Below are positions 27,439-32,000 of a stretch of DNA of 32,000 bases, one piece after another. This DNA comes from Pseudothioglobus sp. nBUS_23. Its GTDB lineage: Bacteria > Pseudomonadota > Gammaproteobacteria > PS1 > Pseudothioglobaceae. Location of the stretch: NCBI RefSeq assembly GCF_051201565.1, contig NZ_CP179200.1, positions 270,001 through 302,000 of the forward strand. Reading direction: 5' to 3'. Under the pieces are notes generated by a model. The model was not told the DNA's origin. It worked only from the letters and a program-made list of their open reading frames with translations, and ran no database searches. Positions within the stretch are counted from its first letter, which is position 1. Each line of letters begins with the position of its first letter. The position numbers and the translations under genes are program-made.

Positions 27439-28866
27439 TCAAATAAATGAATTCGCGTAGTCTTCAAGCTGTTTCCATAGATTTTTTTTATCTGGACTGA
27501 TATCTTTTAGATGATTCAAGCTTCTTTCAAAGCTATCAATAGAAAGAAAACCGTTTTCACCATTTTGTATTCTAGATTGAACTATTTCAAACCATTGTTC
27601 CTGTTCAAAATCATTCAGATACTGAGGATAATTTCTTGCTTTAAAATTTAAAAAAAGTTTTATTAATTTTTTGTCTTCAAATGCGGGACTATAATTAGCA
27701 AAATCTTGAGTTGAAAGATTTTGTATCTCATTACTAATAGCTCTGTCATGATTGCTAACAAAGCCATCATAAAGAGATTGATCAACATCTGAACTTTGCT
27801 TTCTTTCAGATGGTTGTTTATATATTGATTGAACTTTTTGTTGAATTTTTAATCTATTTGTCTGGATAAATTCTAAATTTTTTAAACAACCCTCCATATC
27901 AATCTGAAATTTTTCTATTAGAGTGGGCGAGAGTTTAAAGCTATCTTCATTTGGACTGCAAACAAACATAGGGCTTTTATTAAATACTAGTTCATTCAAC
28001 TCAAGCTTCTCAAGACCTTTTGGTAAGTCAGCTTTTCTAGTAAAAGTGAGTTTTTTTAGTTCTTCCTCGTCAAGCTCTAAAAGAATCTCTGGATCTTGAT
28101 TCAAGTTAAAAACAATTGCACGATCAGAATAATCAGGATGATAGCAGATTGGAGTTACGAGTCTTGTAAATGAAGACTTATAGCCAAAGCCAGAGGAGGT
28201 TAAAAGCATTGGATAAAAAAGCTTGACGAGTTTTTCCACCTCTTTTTTATTTCTTAGACTCAATGCATATTCAAAGAATTTAGGCTGAGTCTTTTTGATG
28301 ATTGAGGCAATTCCAATGGTCGCTCTTACATCGGCCATGGCATCATGCGCATTACTGTGCTCAATGTGATTTGCGGGAGCAAGGTTGTCTAGTTTAAAAA
28401 TAGGCCGATTTTGATTATTTCTTACCCAAGTCAAGCTTCCTTCCTCTTTGTGAGCATAACAAAATCTAGCAACATTTAAGATATCCCACCTTGAATTGCC
28501 ATGTTGCCAATGCCATGAGTATGGATCTAAAAAGTTTCTAAATAGGGTATGCCTAGTATATTCATCATCAAAAGCAATTGAGTTATATCCAACAATGCAG
28601 GTCTCAGGTTTTGAAAACTCTGCATGGATTTTTTTTATGAACTCATGCTCAATAAAGCCTTTTTCTTCACAGAGTTGTGGGGTAATACCAGTGACTGAAC
28701 ATGCTTCAGGTGCTGGGAGAGAGTCACGGGTGGGTTTACAATAAAACATATGCTCATCAAGAATATTAAGATTTTCATCCGTTCTAATTCCTGCAAATTG
28801 AGCAATTCTTTGAACTTTTGGAGAAAGGCCAAAAGTTTCGTAATCATACCAATAGAAAGTTTTCAT
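27439..28866 (-). CDS. sbcB: Exodeoxyribonuclease I
   Basis: 475 aa. N-terminal FYWYDYETFG (DEDDh ExoI motif), YNSIAFDDEYTR and HDAMADV. Confidence 0.93.
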   Translation of the reverse strand: MKTFYWYDYETFGLSPKVQRIAQFAGIRTDENLNILDEHMFYCKPTRDSLPAPEACSVTGITPQLCEEKGFIEHEFIKKIHAEFSKPETCIVGYNSIAFDDEYTRHTLFRNFLDPYSWHWQHGNSRWDILNVARFCYAHKEEGSLTWVRNNQNRPIFKLDNLAPANHIEHSNAHDAMADVRATIGIASIIKKTQPKFFEYALSLRNKKEVEKLVKLFYPMLLTSSGFGYKSSFTRLVTPICYHPDYSDRAIVFNLNQDPEILLELDEEELKKLTFTRKADLPKGLEKLELNELVFNKSPMFVCSPNEDSFKLSPTLIEKFQIDMEGCLKNLEFIQTNRLKIQQKVQSIYKQPSERKQSSDVDQSLYDGFVSNHDRAISNEIQNLSTQDFANYSPAFEDKKLIKLFLNFKARNYPQYLNDFEQEQWFEIVQSRIQNGENGFLSIDSFERSLNHLKDISPDKKNLWKQLEDYANSFI

Positions 28867-29040
28867 ATCCCAATTAGTTTAAACAAAAATACATCGACTG
28901 ACTCAGATATCCAAGAAATGAAGAAGAAAGAGTTAATTTAAATCAATAAGACACACACTCTTCTTAATCTTATTCAAATAAGAAAAATTTTTCTAAACTG
29001 TTAGTTTATCGAAGATAAAACTTGTAAGCAGTCTAGAGGG

Positions 29041-29075
29041 GGAAAAAGGAAAAAACCCAGCTTTGGGCTGGGTTT
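29041..29075 (-). terminator. Intrinsic terminator of cspA
   Basis: aaacccagc (29053-29061) pairs with gctgggttt (29067-29075) around a 5-nt loop. The hairpin begins 15 nt after the cspA stop. On the minus strand it reads GCTGGGTTTTTTCCTTTTTCC. Confidence 0.8.
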
Positions 29076-29090
29076 AAAAAAACTTTTAAA

Positions 29091-29297
29091 TTATTTTGCT
29101 ACGACGTTTGCAGCTTGAGGGCCTTTGGCACCATCTTCAAGTTCAAACTCAACCTCTTGACCTTCCTCAAGAGTTTTGTAGCCATCACCTTGTATTGCTC
29201 TGAAGTGAACGAAAACATCGTCACCACTTTCTTGCTCAATAAAACCAAAACCTTTTTTTGCGTCAAACCATTTAACGCGACCTGTTGTTGTAGACAT
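29091..29297 (-). CDS. cspA: Cold-shock protein, CspA family
   Basis: 68 aa when started at [15 protein letters not shown]1 KGFGFI and RNP2 VFVHF. AGGAG Shine-Dalgarno 5-6 nt upstream of this ATG. The 18-codon N-terminal extension in the ORF track is not credible. Confidence 0.93.
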   Translation of the reverse strand: MSTTTGRVKWFDAKKGFGFIEQESGDDVFVHFRAIQGDGYKTLEEGQEVEFELEDGAKGPQAANVVAK

Positions 29298-29473
29298 GCA
29301 GTCTCCTAAAAAAAAATAAAACATGGAAAAGATGCAACCAACCCAAATCACTGTGAAACCGACATACTACGAAGCAACAACACAACATCAAAATCAGCTG
29401 AATATTAACCAGCAAAGCCAATTTTAACCTAAAAAACTAATAATGTATATTTATTTAATTTGGCCACAAATGA

Positions 29474-31252
29474 CTATCTTCTTGATCGACTTCTGGAGAA
29501 TTTTTTATCTCTATTTATTTTTGGCTTACCTTTTCTTCGTTTTTTAGACGAGTCCCTTTTAAAATGACTAGATGACTCTCTGGGAGCTGTTTTATTGTTT
29601 TTTTCAGTGAGCTCTTCCATGTTGAGCTTTTTGTCAAACACCCTAGTATTTTTAAGAATTTGAAGAGTTTCTTTTGGCATCTCATCAGGTAAATCAACGG
29701 TTGTGAAGTCTTGATGTATTTGAATTGCTCCGATAAATGCACTGCTTATTTCAGCTTCATTCGCAATAGCTCCAAGAATGTTGCCTGGCTTAATATTATC
29801 TCTTCGTCCCAATGATATTTTGTATCTTCTCATTTGGATAGATGGATTATCTTTGAGAGGGTCTGCGTGGATTGAAATTGCAATAGTTTTCTTATCTTTG
29901 GAGTCTATTTTGGGTTGAATAATCTCTTTTTCGCTCAGTAAAAGAGGTTCTGTGCCCTGAGCCATTAAGGCAAGTGAGGATGCAATTTTAAATAGATCAA
30001 CTTCATTTTCTTTCTGATAGCTAAGAACTAGATCTGAAAAAATTGAAAGATCTTGGTTTTCAAGAGTTTGTGTAATCCTTTGTTTAAAGTTTACAATCCT
30101 TTGCTCATTGATTATTTTTGCAGATGGAAGCATCATTGGCTCAATCGGCTGTCGAGTAATCCTTTCAATCGTTTTCAGCATTCTTCTTTCACGAGGTGCA
30201 ACAAATAATATTGCTTTTCCATCTCTTCCAGCACGGCCAGTTCTTCCAATTCTATGGACGTAGGACTCTGGATCTTGTGGTATGTCATAATTAATAACAT
30301 GAGAGATTCGATCCACATCAAGACCTCTTGCTGCGACATCAGTCGCAATAAGAATATCAATTTTTCCTTTTTTTAGGTGCTGAATTATTCGCTCTCTGTG
30401 ATTTTGTGCAATATCACCATTTATTGCTTCTGCCGTAAAGCCTCTGGCTGAGAGCTTTTCTGCAAGATCTATTGTTACAGTTTTAGTTCTGACAAAAATT
30501 AGAAGTGCATCAAAGGCCTCAACTTCTAAAATACGAGTCAAGGCGTCCAGTTTATGAACACCACCAACAAGCCAATATCTTTGCGAGATTGTTTTAGCAG
30601 TTGCGGTTTTTGTTTTAATTTTGACTATTTTTGGGTTGTCTAAAAATTTCTCAGCAACTCTTCTTATGACATCTGGCATAGTTGCAGAGAAGAGCGCGAT
30701 TTGACGCTCTTCTGGTAGTTTTTCCATGACCCACTTAACATCATCAATAAAGCCCATTCTGAGCATTTCGTCCGCCTCATCTAAGACCAATGCCTTGAGC
30801 GAATTTAATTTTAAAGTGCCCCTTTTGAGATGATCCATGACTCTGCCAGGAGTTCCAACTACTGCATGAACTCCTCTTTTTAGAGGTTTTAATTGAACAT
30901 CATAGGATTGACCACCATAAATTGGAAGAACATGAAAGCCTTTCAGATGTCTTGAGTAAGTCTGGATTGCTTCGGATACTTGAATTGCAAGTTCACGTGT
31001 TGGCGCTAAGACTAATAGCTGAACTTGATTGTTTTTTAAATCAATCCTGTCTATCAAGGGAAGCGAAAATGCAGCTGTTTTTCCTGTACCTGTTTGAGCT
31101 TGACCAATGACATCATAACCCTTGAGTAGGTGAGTTATGCATTGCTCTTGGATAGCTGAGGGTGTTTCATAGCCAACGTCATCAAGTGCTTGAATTAATG
31201 CATCAGAGAGGCCAAAGCTATTAAATGTAACGCTAGATGCATGATCAGCCAT
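29474..31252 (-). CDS. deaD: DEAD-box ATP-dependent RNA helicase DeaD/CsdA
   Basis: 592 aa. Motifs: Q (TPSAIQ), I (AQTGTGKT), Ia (PTRELA), II (DEAD), III (SAT) and VI (HRIGRTGRAG). DbpA-like C-terminal RNA-binding domain and a basic tail. Confidence 0.93.
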   Translation of the reverse strand: MADHASSVTFNSFGLSDALIQALDDVGYETPSAIQEQCITHLLKGYDVIGQAQTGTGKTAAFSLPLIDRIDLKNNQVQLLVLAPTRELAIQVSEAIQTYSRHLKGFHVLPIYGGQSYDVQLKPLKRGVHAVVGTPGRVMDHLKRGTLKLNSLKALVLDEADEMLRMGFIDDVKWVMEKLPEERQIALFSATMPDVIRRVAEKFLDNPKIVKIKTKTATAKTISQRYWLVGGVHKLDALTRILEVEAFDALLIFVRTKTVTIDLAEKLSARGFTAEAINGDIAQNHRERIIQHLKKGKIDILIATDVAARGLDVDRISHVINYDIPQDPESYVHRIGRTGRAGRDGKAILFVAPRERRMLKTIERITRQPIEPMMLPSAKIINEQRIVNFKQRITQTLENQDLSIFSDLVLSYQKENEVDLFKIASSLALMAQGTEPLLLSEKEIIQPKIDSKDKKTIAISIHADPLKDNPSIQMRRYKISLGRRDNIKPGNILGAIANEAEISSAFIGAIQIHQDFTTVDLPDEMPKETLQILKNTRVFDKKLNMEELTEKNNKTAPRESSSHFKRDSSKKRRKGKPKINRDKKFSRSRSRR

Positions 31253-31353
31253 AATTTGGATGGGGGTGTTAAAGAAAAGGGTGGATTATACCTTGTATTT
31301 GCTCTAAACATTGAAATGACAGAAGTCTAATGCAAATGTTTTAACGTGTTTCT

Positions 31354-31905
31354 TTATTCAAACCATTTAATTGAGCATCCCATTGAAGGGATTTGGTTAT
31401 CAGGCCCTTTGCCAGTTATGGAGATTTGTTTCATAGCTTCAAAAAGTTCACGCTTGGCGCCATCAACAGATTCTTTTCGAGATTCATCCAGCCTCCCTCT
31501 ATATTGAAGACCAAGCTTATCGTTATATCCAAAAAAATCAGGTGTGCAAACTGCTCCATATGCTCTTGCTATTTCCTGAGTTTCATCAATAAGATAAGGA
31601 AATGGAAAGTTATGATCTAGAGACAATTTTTTCATATTGTCAAATGAGTCCTCTTCATATTCATTTGGATCATTTGACATAATTCCTACACTATTAATAC
31701 CAAATTGCTTTAATTCTTCAGTATCTCTAATGATTCTGCTAATGATTGATTTGACGTAAGGACAATGATTACAAATAAACATTATTAGAAGACCATTCGA
31801 TCCTCTAAGAGAGTTTAAATCATAGTATTGCTCATCAACCCCCTTGAGCTTGAAATCAATTGCGGGAAGGTTAAATTCACAAATTGGGGTTTCAGTTCTT
31901 ACCAT
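31354..31905 (-). CDS. Thioredoxin-fold thiol-disulfide oxidoreductase (AhpC/TSA-redoxin-like family)
   Basis: 183 aa. CxxC active site in MFICNHCPYVK. The length and layout are typical of single-domain redoxins. Confidence 0.75.
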   Translation of the reverse strand: MVRTETPICEFNLPAIDFKLKGVDEQYYDLNSLRGSNGLLIMFICNHCPYVKSIISRIIRDTEELKQFGINSVGIMSNDPNEYEEDSFDNMKKLSLDHNFPFPYLIDETQEIARAYGAVCTPDFFGYNDKLGLQYRGRLDESRKESVDGAKRELFEAMKQISITGKGPDNQIPSMGCSIKWFE

Positions 31906-32000
31906 AGTAAACTAATTGTCATAATAGTCATGATTTTAGTATAGATTGAATAATATGTCCTGCCATCATTAATCCAAATATATTAGGCATATATGATATT

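Noticed and set aside
28750-28941. 63-aa + strand ORF spanning the sbcB start and the upstream spacer
   Set aside because: It overlaps the sbcB N-terminus in antisense. It is lysine- and isoleucine-rich, a typical AT-rich artefact, with no ribosome-binding site and no recognisable motif.
29298-29351. 18-codon N-terminal extension of the cspA ORF ([18 protein letters not shown])
   Set aside because: CspA-family proteins start right before the GxVKWF motif. An AGGAG Shine-Dalgarno sits in front of the internal ATG at 29297. The extension is best read as part of the 5' UTR.
1254-31620. Some 35 short ORFs (60-111 aa) in the track that lie inside or antisense to larger genes, for example 1254..1505, 2920..3204, 3764..4051, 7684..7965, 9126..9461, 14957..15223, 21240..21530 and 31393..31620
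   Set aside because: Each is fully nested in a long ORF with strong family motifs. They have low-complexity or hydrophobic junk-like composition and no ribosome-binding sites that I could see.
31928-31999. A minus-strand frame open from the right edge for 23 codons (ISYMPNIFGLMMAGHIIQSILKS, stop at 31928-31930). It could be the 3' end of a gene lying beyond the window
   Set aside because: Twenty-three codons is too short to distinguish from chance, and nothing in the peptide is diagnostic. I did not report it as a feature.
1-32000. Scanned all spacers of 75 nt or more for tRNA, tmRNA, rRNA, CRISPR repeats, IS inverted repeats and integrase or att-like sites
   Set aside because: I found no T-arm GGTTCGAATCC-type motif in a spacer and no regularly spaced short repeats. 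No transposase-, integrase- or phage-like ORF is present. The only repeat detected is the aceF internal duplication.

Overview
This is an AT-rich window (about one-third GC by eye, not computed). It is very gene-dense: only about 1.65 kb of 32 kb lies outside my CDS calls, roughly 95% coding. I call 33 CDS, one of them truncated at the left edge. Almost all are recognisable housekeeping genes. Gene order (nadB-def-dusB-fis-purH, plsY divergent from folB-folK, aceF-lpdA, sbcB, nth, a DUF1841 gene, deaD-cspA) suggests a streamlined Gamma- or Betaproteobacterium. I cannot resolve the taxon without a database search. I found no rRNA, tRNA, CRISPR array, transposase, integrase, phage gene or recognisable defence or toxin-antitoxin gene, so I see no mobile or defence island. 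The only part that looks accessory is the left 5.4 kb. It holds a tight three-gene operon: a dimethylglycine/sarcosine-dehydrogenase-family flavoprotein, an M20D amidohydrolase and a DDAH homologue. I do not know this combination as a characterised pathway, and it is my best candidate for something new, possibly catabolism of a methylated guanidino or ureido compound. Other points worth a second look:
- a perfect 290-bp tandem duplication inside aceF
- a strong hairpin with its T-tract on the + strand, between two minus-strand genes
- four convergent gene pairs with 1-19 nt spacers and no terminators
- a Fis protein capped at 76 aa
- def embedded in a translationally coupled nadB-def-dusB-fis string
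All product calls rest on motifs I read in the supplied translations. No homology search was run.
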